Shown here: piece after piece, positions 1 to 8,748 of the stretch
How the letters are laid out: each line of letters begins with the position of its first letter
Numbering within the stretch: position 1 is the first letter of the stretch
Assembly (NCBI GenBank): GCA_019429145.1
Contig: JAHYJI010000001.1
Location: 2,535 to 66,534 of the forward strand
DNA length: 64,000 nucleotides
Origin: Coriobacteriia bacterium
Lineage (GTDB): Bacteria > Actinomycetota > Coriobacteriia > Anaerosomatales > SLCP01
Direction of reading: 5' to 3'
Program-made: the position numbers and the translations under genes
Notes under the pieces: generated by a model
The model's input: only the letters and a program-made list of their open reading frames with translations
Databases searched by the model: none
What the model was told of the DNA's origin: nothing

Positions 1-1250
<1,250 letters not shown>

Positions 1251-1334
1251 GTGCTGATCTCCTTTCATGAACAGGCGCCCCTGACGGAGCGCTTGTTGTC
1301 TGCGTTGGTACCGCCACCCGACGGCACCTTACGG

Positions 1335-1363
1335 ATGCTAGAATCTAAGTCGTGCGTTGTCAA
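1335..1363 (-). promoter_or_regulatory. Candidate sigma70-type promoter of dnaK (TTGACA-17 nt-TAGCAT) overlapped by an imperfect HAIR-like inverted repeat
   Basis: The minus strand reads TTGACA (1363-1358), a 17 nt spacer, then TAGCAT (1340-1335), about 85 nt upstream of the dnaK ATG. The stretch CTTGACA-ACGCACG-ACTTAGA loosely resembles the HspR operator CTTGAGT-N7-ACTCAAG (about 9/14 matches). Confidence 0.35.
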
Positions 1364-1534
1364 GTTTTCTGCGAGCACAAAGAGTATACCCGTGAGTGCT
1401 CGGGGAGAAACCCGGACGCCCACATCCGAGCCGGAGTCCGCTCACACCTTTACACGGTGCCCGACGCTCGCTAAGGTACGGCAGAGCCGAGGGCTCTCAG
1501 GCCCCGAACGACCGCACCTGAGCAAGGAGGACCG

Positions 1535-1723
1535 ATGCCCCGACCTGTCATCGTGGAGGACGAGTGTTCCGCCTGCGGAATCTGTGTCGACGCGTGTCCG
1601 GAAGGCGTGCTCGAACTCGTCGGAGACGTGGCCGAGCCGGTCAATGACGAGGACTGCACCGCCTGTGCCGCGTGCATGGAGGAGTGTCCGATGGGCGCGA
1701 TCACCGAGATCGAAGACGCCTAG
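1535..1723 (+). CDS. Small 2x[4Fe-4S] ferredoxin (62 aa)
   Basis: Two CxxCxxCxxxCP motifs (CSACGICVDACP, CTACAACMEECP). AAGGAGG lies 5 nt upstream of the ATG. Confidence 0.85.
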   Translation: MPRPVIVEDECSACGICVDACPEGVLELVGDVAEPVNDEDCTACAACMEECPMGAITEIEDA

Positions 1724-1744
1724 CACTCGGCGCGCTCCTGGCGT

Positions 1745-2311
1745 CTACAGCGCCGGCGGCCTGACCTGGATCGCCTGCATCTGTCGCCACACGCGGCGCT
1801 TCAGGCGCGCATCGGCAAGCGAGGACTCGAGCCCTTCGAGCGCCACGAACGCGCGACCGTTGGCGTGGACCGCCGTACCGTAAGCCGGCTGTCCCAGGTC
1901 GAACACGGCAGCGACCTCGGTGGCCGCCATCGCGTCCAGCGCGACCACCACCGTGGGATCCACCGCCTCGATCTGCATCCTGAGCCGCTCTCGCAGCAGG
2001 CTCGCATCGATGCCTGCTTCCGGGCGCGCCACAGTCGCGAACACCGAGGCCGGGTCGAACCCGAGCGCTTCGAGCGCCTTGCGCGCGGCAGCGCCGTCCG
2101 GGCCCGAGAGCGCTGACCCGCCCGAGACCTCTGCCGGTCCCGGCTCACCCTTCACCAGCACGACCTCGGCGAAGACGTCACCGCTCCAGGGCACGCCGTC
2201 CGAGCCCGGCGCCAGACGGTCGGCAGCGGCAAGCTCGGCGTGCGCCTTGGCGGAGTACGTCTGCTCCAGCTTCGACGCTTCGTTCTCGGGGGCTTGAGGC
2301 TGCCCGGTCAT
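1745..2311 (-). CDS. Divergent uracil-DNA glycosylase superfamily (family-4-like) protein
   Basis: It has a GEPGPAE motif followed by G..SGPDG.....ALEALGF, and later VVALD..AA, which matches the UDG family 4 layout (GEAPG..E, G.PF.G.aG..L). The C-terminal HPS motif is absent. The start at 2311 gives an ATGA overlap with the upstream epimerase stop. Confidence 0.5.
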   Translation of the reverse strand: MTGQPQAPENEASKLEQTYSAKAHAELAAADRLAPGSDGVPWSGDVFAEVVLVKGEPGPAEVSGGSALSGPDGAAARKALEALGFDPASVFATVARPEAGIDASLLRERLRMQIEAVDPTVVVALDAMAATEVAAVFDLGQPAYGTAVHANGRAFVALEGLESSLADARLKRRVWRQMQAIQVRPPAL

Positions 2312-3243
2312 GAACGCGCAAACCACCGGAAGGTCGGGCCGAGGCCCGCGTCGAGCGGGACCACCGAGTGCCAGCCGAACGTCTCGTAGGCCTTCCCGGG
2401 GTCCAGCGAGCTGCGCATGACATCCCCCGCGCGCTCCGTCCCACTCTCGTAGGGCGCGTAGAAGCCCGCGACCTGACGCATCGCGTTGGCAAGCCCGTTG
2501 ATGCTCACCTCGTCGCCCGTCGAGATGTTGTACGCGGAGCCGCTCGGCACGCCGTCGGCGAGTCTGCCGTCGAACTCGAGTGCCGATATGATCGCGGCGA
2601 CCACGTCGGCGACGTAGATGAAGTCACGCGTCTGCTCCCCGGATCCGTGAATGACGGGCACCCTGTCTGCTGCCAGTTCTGAACAGAAGACCGCTACCAC
2701 GCCACCCTCGCCGTGGGAGTCCTGACGGGGCCCGTACACGTTGGAGAAGCGAAACGAGGCGAAGTCCACTCCCCTGGCGCTCAGCTGCTCGGCGAGCGCA
2801 GTCTCGGCGGCGAGCTTCGACGATCCATAAGGGTTGACGGGAACCGTCGGCGAACCCTCTTTCAGTGGAATCTCGGCCGGCTCCCCGTAGACGGCTGCCG
2901 AGGAGGCCGAGATGACTCGTCGCGCTCCGGCCGCCGCTGCCGCGGCTGCGACACGGCTCGTCCCGTCGACGTTGACCGCCCAGTCCCGTACCGGATCGAC
3001 GATCGAGCGCGGCACGCTCGACTGCGCGGCAAGGTGCACCACCGCGTCGGGCGCGAACTCGGCCAAGGCAGCAGGCAGCAGCTCGTCGAGGATGTCCATC
3101 GTGCGGTTCCACGCCGCCGGATGAAGGTTCTCCGCGTGACCGGTAGACAGGTCGTCGATCACCCCTACCTCGTGAGAGCCGAGGAGGGCGTGGACGAGAT
3201 TGGAGCCGATGAAGCCCGCTCCGCCGGTGACAAGTACGCGCAT
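2308..3243 (-). CDS. NAD-dependent epimerase/dehydratase (GalE-like SDR)
   Basis: N-terminal VTGGAGFIGS Rossmann motif and a catalytic YGSSK (YxxxK) motif. The protein is 311 aa. Confidence 0.85.
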   Translation of the reverse strand: MRVLVTGGAGFIGSNLVHALLGSHEVGVIDDLSTGHAENLHPAAWNRTMDILDELLPAALAEFAPDAVVHLAAQSSVPRSIVDPVRDWAVNVDGTSRVAAAAAAAGARRVISASSAAVYGEPAEIPLKEGSPTVPVNPYGSSKLAAETALAEQLSARGVDFASFRFSNVYGPRQDSHGEGGVVAVFCSELAADRVPVIHGSGEQTRDFIYVADVVAAIISALEFDGRLADGVPSGSAYNISTGDEVSINGLANAMRQVAGFYAPYESGTERAGDVMRSSLDPGKAYETFGWHSVVPLDAGLGPTFRWFARS

Positions 3244-3254
3244 ACGTAGACCTC

Positions 3255-3974
3255 CTACGGTGTTGGAGTCCCGGGGGTGTCCTCGAGACGCTGCATCTCA
3301 CTCAGTTCTGCACGGACGATGAGGCGATAGGCGGCACTGTAGGGCGGGTGACACGCCGAGAGCGTGAGACTCGGCACGTCGGTCGTGCGCATCACCTCGA
3401 CCTGGTCAGGCGTGACGGTGAACTTCTCGGTGACCTCGTAGGTGTAGCGGCGGTACGGCGAGAGGAAGTGGATGATGTCACCGGGCTCAAGGTCATCGAG
3501 GCGGCGGAAGGGCGCTCCGTACGTGGTCCGGTGCCCCGCGATGCCGACGTTGCCCGTCTCTCCCGGAAGATCGGTGTAGGTAATCCACCCGGGGCCCTTC
3601 TTCAGCTCATCACGTCCGGTGCCGAGGATCACGACTGCATCGAGGTCCATGCCCTCGATCACGAGCCTGCCGAAGATGTCGCCCTTCCCAAGGCCGGCCC
3701 AGTAGGCGACATCTTCTTCTCTCCACGTCTCCCAGCCGGTGAGCTCCGGGTCGGGCTCGTCGAGCAGCCGATCGGGAGAAGGGGCTCCCATCGAGCCGAG
3801 ATCGGCGATCTGGGCTCGAAGCGCACCCTGCTCGCGTCCCGTCACGAAGTCGGTCACGAAGTAGTAGCTCACGAGGCCCAGCGCGACCCCGATGAAGATG
3901 TTTCCGAGCGCGTGCAGCGCGACCCGCGATGCGGGCCGCCGCTCGATTGCGGCGGTCTCAGCCGTGGATGTCAC
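3255..3974 (-). CDS. Sortase (membrane-anchored, class E-like)
   Basis: N-terminal TM helix, a GHRTTYGAPF (His) motif, an LTLSACHP catalytic Cys motif (a TLxTC variant), and a conserved RLIVRA Arg. Confidence 0.8.
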   Translation of the reverse strand: MTSTAETAAIERRPASRVALHALGNIFIGVALGLVSYYFVTDFVTGREQGALRAQIADLGSMGAPSPDRLLDEPDPELTGWETWREEDVAYWAGLGKGDIFGRLVIEGMDLDAVVILGTGRDELKKGPGWITYTDLPGETGNVGIAGHRTTYGAPFRRLDDLEPGDIIHFLSPYRRYTYEVTEKFTVTPDQVEVMRTTDVPSLTLSACHPPYSAAYRLIVRAELSEMQRLEDTPGTPTP

Positions 3975-4055
3975 GAGTCGCCCGCCTTCCGGTTGCAGTC
4001 AGCTGCCAGGCCGCAACGAGTGTGACGGCCGTTACAGAACACTCTAAGGCTAAGC

Positions 4056-4090
4056 ACGTTTCTTGCCGATATATCCGGTGTAAGAAACGT
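4056..4090. promoter_or_regulatory. Perfect 9-bp inverted repeat ACGTTTCTT-N17-AAGAAACGT in the AT-richer sortase/HExxH-protein divergent intergenic region
   Basis: Read directly: acgtttctt (4056-4064) and aagaaacgt (4082-4090). The spacer gccgatatatccggtgt is itself partly palindromic. Confidence 0.3.
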
Positions 4091-4312
4091 TGAAAGCCGC
4101 ACATCTCCGCAGACTCCCCGCTCAAGGCACAGCACGCCGAAAGACGTGCTTCGCAAAGTCACGGGTCTACCGGAGGGCACGCTCGCCCTCCCACGACAGC
4201 CGGACCGCCGGGTACGAGATCTGGTCGAACCTGCTATCGGCCCGATCCCACCCATGCCACTCGGGAGGGACGGGCCGATGTGCGCACCAGGCTCGCAAGG
4301 GGTGTTCGGCAG

Positions 4313-5020
4313 ATGAACGCACGGATCAAGAGGACCACCAGCGCGATGCGGTTCGCCGCGTTGCTGCTCACCGTAGCTCTTCTTGTGGGAGCTGCTCCCG
4401 CGACGGCCTCGACCGCCGAGATACGCTCGCTCGAGGTCAGCGCCAGGTTCGCATCGTCGCTCGAACCGGAAGCCACACCCGTTACCCCAGCACAGAAGAC
4501 CGGCGCCGACGTTGCCGTGTCCGAGTCCCGCGCCGGGTATACCACGCCGCTCGCAAAGGCCAAGGCACCGCTGCCCAAGCCCGTCGTCAAGCCGGCACCG
4601 GCTCCCGCGCGCAGGTCTGCGGGCAGCACTACTGCAAAGGCCAGCAGCGCACCGAAGGCAAGCAGCGCGCCCGCAAGCTCGAGCGCCCCCAAACCTGCTT
4701 CGAACGCCTCCGCACCCGCTCCCAAGCCGGCTGCGTCCAGCGGGAACACGCTCGCACAAGCGCGCTCGATCCTGGCCTCCCGTATCGCGATGTACCCGAT
4801 CCTCAGGGGTGCGACGGTGGAAATCGGCGATACCAAAGGCAATGCCTCGGCGATCTGCTACTACAAGTCAGGCCGGATCGTCATCAACGCCAACCACAAA
4901 GCGAGTCTCGAGCGAATCATCAACCACGAGATCTGGCACATCATCGACTGGCGCGACAACGGCAAGATCAACTGGGGCGAGAGCGTGCCCCCGAGCAACG
5001 CCGCGGACTTCCGCGGGTAG
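4313..5020 (+). CDS. Secreted protein with Ala/Ser/Pro-rich linker and C-terminal HExxH (putative zinc metallopeptidase-like) domain
   Basis: Signal-peptide-like N-terminus (MNARIKRTTSAMRFAALLLTVALLVGAAPATA), low-complexity KASSAP repeats, and HEIWH near the C-terminus. The start was chosen at the ATG at 4313; the ORF opens at a GTG at 4280. Confidence 0.55.
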   Translation: MNARIKRTTSAMRFAALLLTVALLVGAAPATASTAEIRSLEVSARFASSLEPEATPVTPAQKTGADVAVSESRAGYTTPLAKAKAPLPKPVVKPAPAPARRSAGSTTAKASSAPKASSAPASSSAPKPASNASAPAPKPAASSGNTLAQARSILASRIAMYPILRGATVEIGDTKGNASAICYYKSGRIVINANHKASLERIINHEIWHIIDWRDNGKINWGESVPPSNAADFRG

Positions 5021-5059
5021 GGACAACGTTTGCGGTGAGGCCGGAGCTCGCCGTGTACG

Positions 5060-5137
5060 TGACAGAGCCCCGGCGGGGATAACCCCGCCGGGGCCCCTCA
5101 TCGTCTACACCCGTACGGCGGTAGCCGGAGTACGGGT
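5060..5137 (-). terminator. Repeat A copy 1: two tandem GC-rich hairpins between the convergent HExxH-protein and adhesin genes (U-tract-less terminator module)
   Basis: Hairpin 1 is gccccggcgggg/ataa/ccccgccggggc (5067-5094). Hairpin 2 is acccgtac/ggcggtagccgga/gtacgggt (5109-5137) and overlaps the adhesin stop codon (tta at 5137-5139). It is homologous to 8669-8748. Confidence 0.5.
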
Positions 5138-8100
5138 TAGGCGGCTTTGCGAGAGCGCCTGCGCAGTGCGGTGCCAGTGGCGGCCGCCGCGCCAGCCAGC
5201 GCGAGGAGACCGAGCAGGTCCGCGCCGGTGAAGGGCAGGAATGGCTCCTCCTCGACGGTTACTCTCCACGTGCTGCGATCGTTGTCGGGATTCTGGTCAT
5301 CGGGATGAGTTACCACGACGACGTTGTCGAGGTAGGTGGTCCCATCAGGCATGTTCTCGGAGACGAGCATCTTGTAGGTGATCGTCCGGGAGGCGCCAGC
5401 CGCAAGCGGCTCGGCGAAGGTCCAGGTGATCTGACCGTTGGAGACAACACCGCCGGCAGCATCGACCACGGCAAGGTAGCGCTGATCGAACGTGTCGTCG
5501 ACCACGTAGTCGGAGGCCGCGGCGCTACCGTAGTTGGTGATGACGATCGTGTAGGTGATGGCATCTCCGGGGTCGGCCTTCGTGCGGTCTGCCGACTTCT
5601 TCACCCCGAGATCCGGGAAGCCCAGGAACTCGTCGATGTCCACGAACGCCTCGTCCGTGTCCGTAACCGGCTCGCCCTCAGGGGGAGTTCCGGTCGCTAC
5701 CACGACGTTCGTGGTCGGCTCCGTGATGGCAACCGTCCTCGTGAAGGTCTGCGACTCGCCGGGAGCGAGCTCGTCGATCGTCGCGATGATACCAAGGTGG
5801 TCATCGTCGATGAGAACGGAGGTCAGAGGCACGTTGCCGGTGTTCGTGACGACGAAGGTGTAGGTCACTTCGTCGCCCGCGAGCACGAGCGAGGAGCTCA
5901 CTGACTTCTCGATGTCGATGGCAGGGCTCGAGCCGAAGTAGCTGGAGTCGTCATCGTCATCGACCACATCTTCGCCCTCCGGCGGGTTGCCGACCGCGGT
6001 TCCGACGTTCTCGTACTCGCCCTCTACTGCGATGCCCTCATGCTCGAGCGTCTCACTCTCGCCCGGCGCCAGGACGTCGATAGTGCCGATCAGGCCTTCG
6101 ATGTCGTCGGTGACCTCGATGTCGGTGATTGTCACGTTACCGGTGTTGGTCACCTGGTAGGTCCAGGTGATCGGTGCACCGACAGGGATGTACTCGCCGT
6201 CGGCCCCGTTCGTGAGCTTGACGATCTCGAGTGCCGGGTTCTGCGGCAGCATGACCGTCTCGTCGTCCTCATCGGTCACCGGTGCTTCGTCAGGGCCGTA
6301 GCCGGTGACGAGCGCCTCGTTGTAGAACTCCCCGGCGTCGATGTCTGCCTGTGTGAGGTAGTACACGCCGGTAAAGGTCGTGGCGTCGGTGCCGCCGACG
6401 GCCAGCGAGAACAGCGGGTCACCCGAGACGATGACATCGCCGACCAGGTCGGTGACGCTGACGTTGTAAAGCGTCACGTTGCCGGTGTTGGCCACGGTGA
6501 ACGTGTAGTTGACCGGCTCGCCCACATCGGCGAAGCCGTCAGCGTTGCTGTCGACCCACGTGCCGGACTTGACGATCGAGATCTCCGCGTTCCACGCCAG
6601 CTCGACGGTCTCGTCATCGGTGGCCGGGGCGGACTCATCAGAGTCGGCCGTGGCCACGTTGTAGACAAAGCCGTCGTCGATGTCGTCCTGGTCGACCGCA
6701 TAGGTCGCGGTGTAGGTCCAGGACTCACCGACCTGCAGCAGGCCGTCGCTGTTGCTGTCACCCGAGACGTAGGTGATGGCGCTCAGTCCGGGCAGCGGGT
6801 CGGTGACGCTGATGTTGGAAAGCGTCATGTTGCCTTCGTTGGTCACGACGAACGTGTAGGTGATGAGCTCGCCGGGCTGCGGATAGCCGTCAGCACCGGC
6901 ATCGAACACGCCGGTCTTGACGATCTTGATGACCGGGTTTTGCTCCATGTTGCCGAAGTTGTAGCCGTCGTACTGGAATCCAGGTGCGACGGTGACGGCG
7001 TGATACCCGGTCGCCGGATACGTCTGTGTGTAGCCCGTCTGCTGAATCTCGTAGACGCGAAGTGCGGTCGGACTCTGATTCGGCAGGTAGAAGTAGAGGC
7101 TGTAGGAGCCGTCCTCAAGGGTTGTCGTCTTCTCATCGATGCCCTCGTCGAAGACGCCGTTACCATTGATGTCGACCCAGATCTCCCAGCCTTCGAGGCC
7201 GACCTCATCGCCATCCATGACGCCGTTACCATTCAGGTCTCCCCACTTCATGCCGGTGATAGCGGATCCATACAGGATTCCCTGTGACATGAGTTGGTTG
7301 TCTTCTGACGCTGCGCCGCTCCACTGGTTGCTGCCGACAAGCATCTGATGATAGGGGGCGCCACTTATCCCTCCGGCGCCCATGTCTGGCCCCCACCCGA
7401 TTCCGCTGACGGGAATTGGGTCGAGGCCAACAGCGATATGCCCAGCGTACAGAATCATCACTCTGTCTGCTGCGCCCTCCCACGTGACGGTGAACTTGAC
7501 TGTGCTGTCGCCACTGGTTGAGCCGTAAAGGGCGGGATCGATGCTTACCACAACATTCGAGATGGGAGCGTTTCCGTAGACGTCAATCGTCCGATCGCCG
7601 TATCCGAGCGCCGTCTCGTAGGCCAGCTCCCGCTCAGCAGCAAACGGGCTCTCGGGGACTACGGCCGTAGCGTGGTACGGAAAGTCTGCGGAGGAGTAGT
7701 CCATCCACTTCCAGGAATCGCTCCACACTTGTCCACCGTACGCCTGGGCCGCGTCAATCGCCTGACTCCAACTGGTGATGAAGTCGTACGCGTACTTGCC
7801 GCCCTTGGTGAACTGGTACTCGAAGGTGACATAGCTCTGGGGAATCGAGGTCTCGGCGCCGGTGAGTACCAGTCGCTGCGGAACAGACATGCCTTCAACG
7901 TAGTCTGAGTTCTGATTGTTGAGGGCGCTTCCAATCCACTTCGGGGTCGTGTTCTCGAGTTGCCTGAAATCCCTCTTCGCCTTGCCAGATGTCGCGGCAA
8001 CCTCGACCTCCGCGGGGGCCACGAGCATCGCGCTCATGTCGTCGCCTGCGGGAGCCTTGCTCTTCTTTGCCCCGGGAACTTGGATCTCATCCGCCGGCGC

Positions 8101-8373
8101 AGCCTCTTCGTCCTCGGCTGCAGCCTCTACTTCTTCGGGAGCAGAATCACCCTCTAGTGACGCATCAGCCGGGGCAACAGCTCCCGACGATTCCTCGCTC
8201 TCCTCCGGTACCATCATGCTCTCGATGGCTTCCGGATTACCCTCCTCGGCAAATGACGCGGGTACCGCACCTGCGATACCCGTGAACATCACGACGACAA
8301 CCAGCGTGAGGTACGTCGTGAAAAGCCGGGAGAGCAGTGGCCTACGCCGTAGCGTTCGTGCCATGTCGCTCAT
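5137..8373 (-). CDS. Large cell-wall-anchored surface protein/adhesin: signal peptide, acidic linker, unknown beta-rich domain, SdrD-B/Cna-B-like Ca-binding domain, five DUF11-type repeats, LPFTG sorting signal
   Basis: The C-terminus is LPFTGADLLGLLALAGAAAATGTALRRRSRKAA (LPXTG, hydrophobic stretch, basic tail). It has five copies of the ..TYTFVVTNTGNV.L..V.V.D.. motif (DUF11 / conserved repeat domain). GDLNGNGVMDGDE and DINGNGVFDEG are SdrD-B-like. The start is ATG 8373 or, with better GAGGGG spacing, ATG 8364; the ORF opens at GTG 8466. Confidence 0.85.
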   Translation of the reverse strand: MSDMARTLRRRPLLSRLFTTYLTLVVVVMFTGIAGAVPASFAEEGNPEAIESMMVPEESEESSGAVAPADASLEGDSAPEEVEAAAEDEEAAPADEIQVPGAKKSKAPAGDDMSAMLVAPAEVEVAATSGKAKRDFRQLENTTPKWIGSALNNQNSDYVEGMSVPQRLVLTGAETSIPQSYVTFEYQFTKGGKYAYDFITSWSQAIDAAQAYGGQVWSDSWKWMDYSSADFPYHATAVVPESPFAAERELAYETALGYGDRTIDVYGNAPISNVVVSIDPALYGSTSGDSTVKFTVTWEGAADRVMILYAGHIAVGLDPIPVSGIGWGPDMGAGGISGAPYHQMLVGSNQWSGAASEDNQLMSQGILYGSAITGMKWGDLNGNGVMDGDEVGLEGWEIWVDINGNGVFDEGIDEKTTTLEDGSYSLYFYLPNQSPTALRVYEIQQTGYTQTYPATGYHAVTVAPGFQYDGYNFGNMEQNPVIKIVKTGVFDAGADGYPQPGELITYTFVVTNEGNMTLSNISVTDPLPGLSAITYVSGDSNSDGLLQVGESWTYTATYAVDQDDIDDGFVYNVATADSDESAPATDDETVELAWNAEISIVKSGTWVDSNADGFADVGEPVNYTFTVANTGNVTLYNVSVTDLVGDVIVSGDPLFSLAVGGTDATTFTGVYYLTQADIDAGEFYNEALVTGYGPDEAPVTDEDDETVMLPQNPALEIVKLTNGADGEYIPVGAPITWTYQVTNTGNVTITDIEVTDDIEGLIGTIDVLAPGESETLEHEGIAVEGEYENVGTAVGNPPEGEDVVDDDDDSSYFGSSPAIDIEKSVSSSLVLAGDEVTYTFVVTNTGNVPLTSVLIDDDHLGIIATIDELAPGESQTFTRTVAITEPTTNVVVATGTPPEGEPVTDTDEAFVDIDEFLGFPDLGVKKSADRTKADPGDAITYTIVITNYGSAAASDYVVDDTFDQRYLAVVDAAGGVVSNGQITWTFAEPLAAGASRTITYKMLVSENMPDGTTYLDNVVVVTHPDDQNPDNDRSTWRVTVEEEPFLPFTGADLLGLLALAGAAAATGTALRRRSRKAA

Positions 8374-8420
8374 CCCCTCATCTTCCGGACGCCCCCAAAC
8401 CCTCGTGGGACCGGTCGATG

Positions 8421-8460
8421 AGAGAAAACAAAGACCGGCTCGTCTGTGACGGGCCGGTCT
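8421..8460 (-). terminator. Intrinsic terminator-like hairpin plus U-tract inside the adhesin 5' leader
   Basis: The minus strand reads AGACCGGC-CCGTCACAGACGA-GCCGGTCT followed by TTGTTTTCTC. It ends about 50 nt upstream of the adhesin start codon. Confidence 0.5.
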
Positions 8461-8528
8461 CACCACTGACTCCCCGCCGACGCATCGGTGACCGAACGCG
8501 TGTCGACGGATCTATGCCTCCCGAAAGG
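8451..8528 (-). repeat. Repeat B copy 1: conserved structured leader element (unassigned family)
   Basis: About 70% identical in blocks to 9068-9145 (gggccggtctcacca, tccccgccg, ggtgaccga, gatgcctccc). It has an internal 8-bp stem (minus strand CCGTCGAC/GTCGGCGG) with loop UCGGUCACC. The stem has a G-U pair on the minus strand and a C-A mismatch on the plus strand. Confidence 0.55.
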
Positions 8529-8595
8529 CGCCCGACGCATAGTCGGGCCCACGTATGAGTTTGTTAATGGACGTCATGTCCGGCTACCTAGAGTG

Positions 8596-8601
8596 ACTAT
8601 A
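8596..8601 (-). promoter_or_regulatory. Candidate -10 hexamer TATAGT for the adhesin leader transcript
   Basis: The minus strand reads gggTATAGTcac. The equivalent position in the second repeat unit reads gggTATATTctc (9176-9181). I recognised no clear -35. Confidence 0.3.
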
Positions 8602-8635
8602 CCCACTCCAGGGGGCTCCTCGGGCATGAAACCAG

Positions 8636-8652
8636 TCATCCATAGGTATGAG
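8636..8652. promoter_or_regulatory. Conserved dyad box TCATCC-ATAG-GTATGA, copy 1
   Basis: This 17-nt box recurs at 9215-9231 with one mismatch. Both copies sit 33-34 nt upstream (minus-strand sense) of the TATAGT/TATATT hexamers. Confidence 0.35.
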
Positions 8653-8668
8653 CGAGGTAGGAATGATA

Positions 8669-8748
8669 TGACAGAGCCCCGACGGGGAGAACCCCGCCGG
8701 GGCCCCTCATCGCACCAAGTCTGCAGGGCGGTAGCCGGAGTGCAGACT
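8669..8748 (-). repeat. Repeat A copy 2: same two-hairpin module as 5060-5137, with stem 2 entirely replaced by a different complementary pair
   Basis: 8669-8712 differs from 5060-5103 at 2 of 44 nt. The loop ggcggtagccggag is identical in both copies. The stem arms are agtctgca/tgcagact here and acccgtac/gtacgggt in copy 1. Confidence 0.55.

Noticed and set aside
1372-1402. CIRCE-like inverted repeat CGAGCAC-N17-GTGCTCG containing GAGTGCT
   Set aside because: The spacing is 17 nt rather than 9, and the left half is a poor match to TTAGCACTC. It also lies upstream of the putative dnaK promoter rather than over it.
5136-5142. GTTAGGC matching the integron attC core GTTRRRY next to an imperfect palindrome
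   Set aside because: There is no inverse core (RYYYAAC) at the other end, the second repeat copy lacks the motif, and no integrase is nearby. It is probably chance.
4090-5231. Multiple overlapping ORFs in all frames (4090-5082, 4383-5231, 4234-4842 minus, 3971-4759 minus)
   Set aside because: They are produced by the GC-rich Ala/Ser/Pro low-complexity linker. Only the 4313-5020 frame has a signal peptide and the HExxH domain.
8449-8480. Similarity of GGCGGGGAGUCAGUGGUGAGACCGGCC (minus strand) to cobalamin-riboswitch B12-box/GCCACUG elements, and of GGGGAGUCAG to the yybP-ykoY GGGGAGUAG
   Set aside because: The matches need insertions. The other conserved cores of those classes are absent, and the downstream gene (an adhesin) does not fit either regulon.
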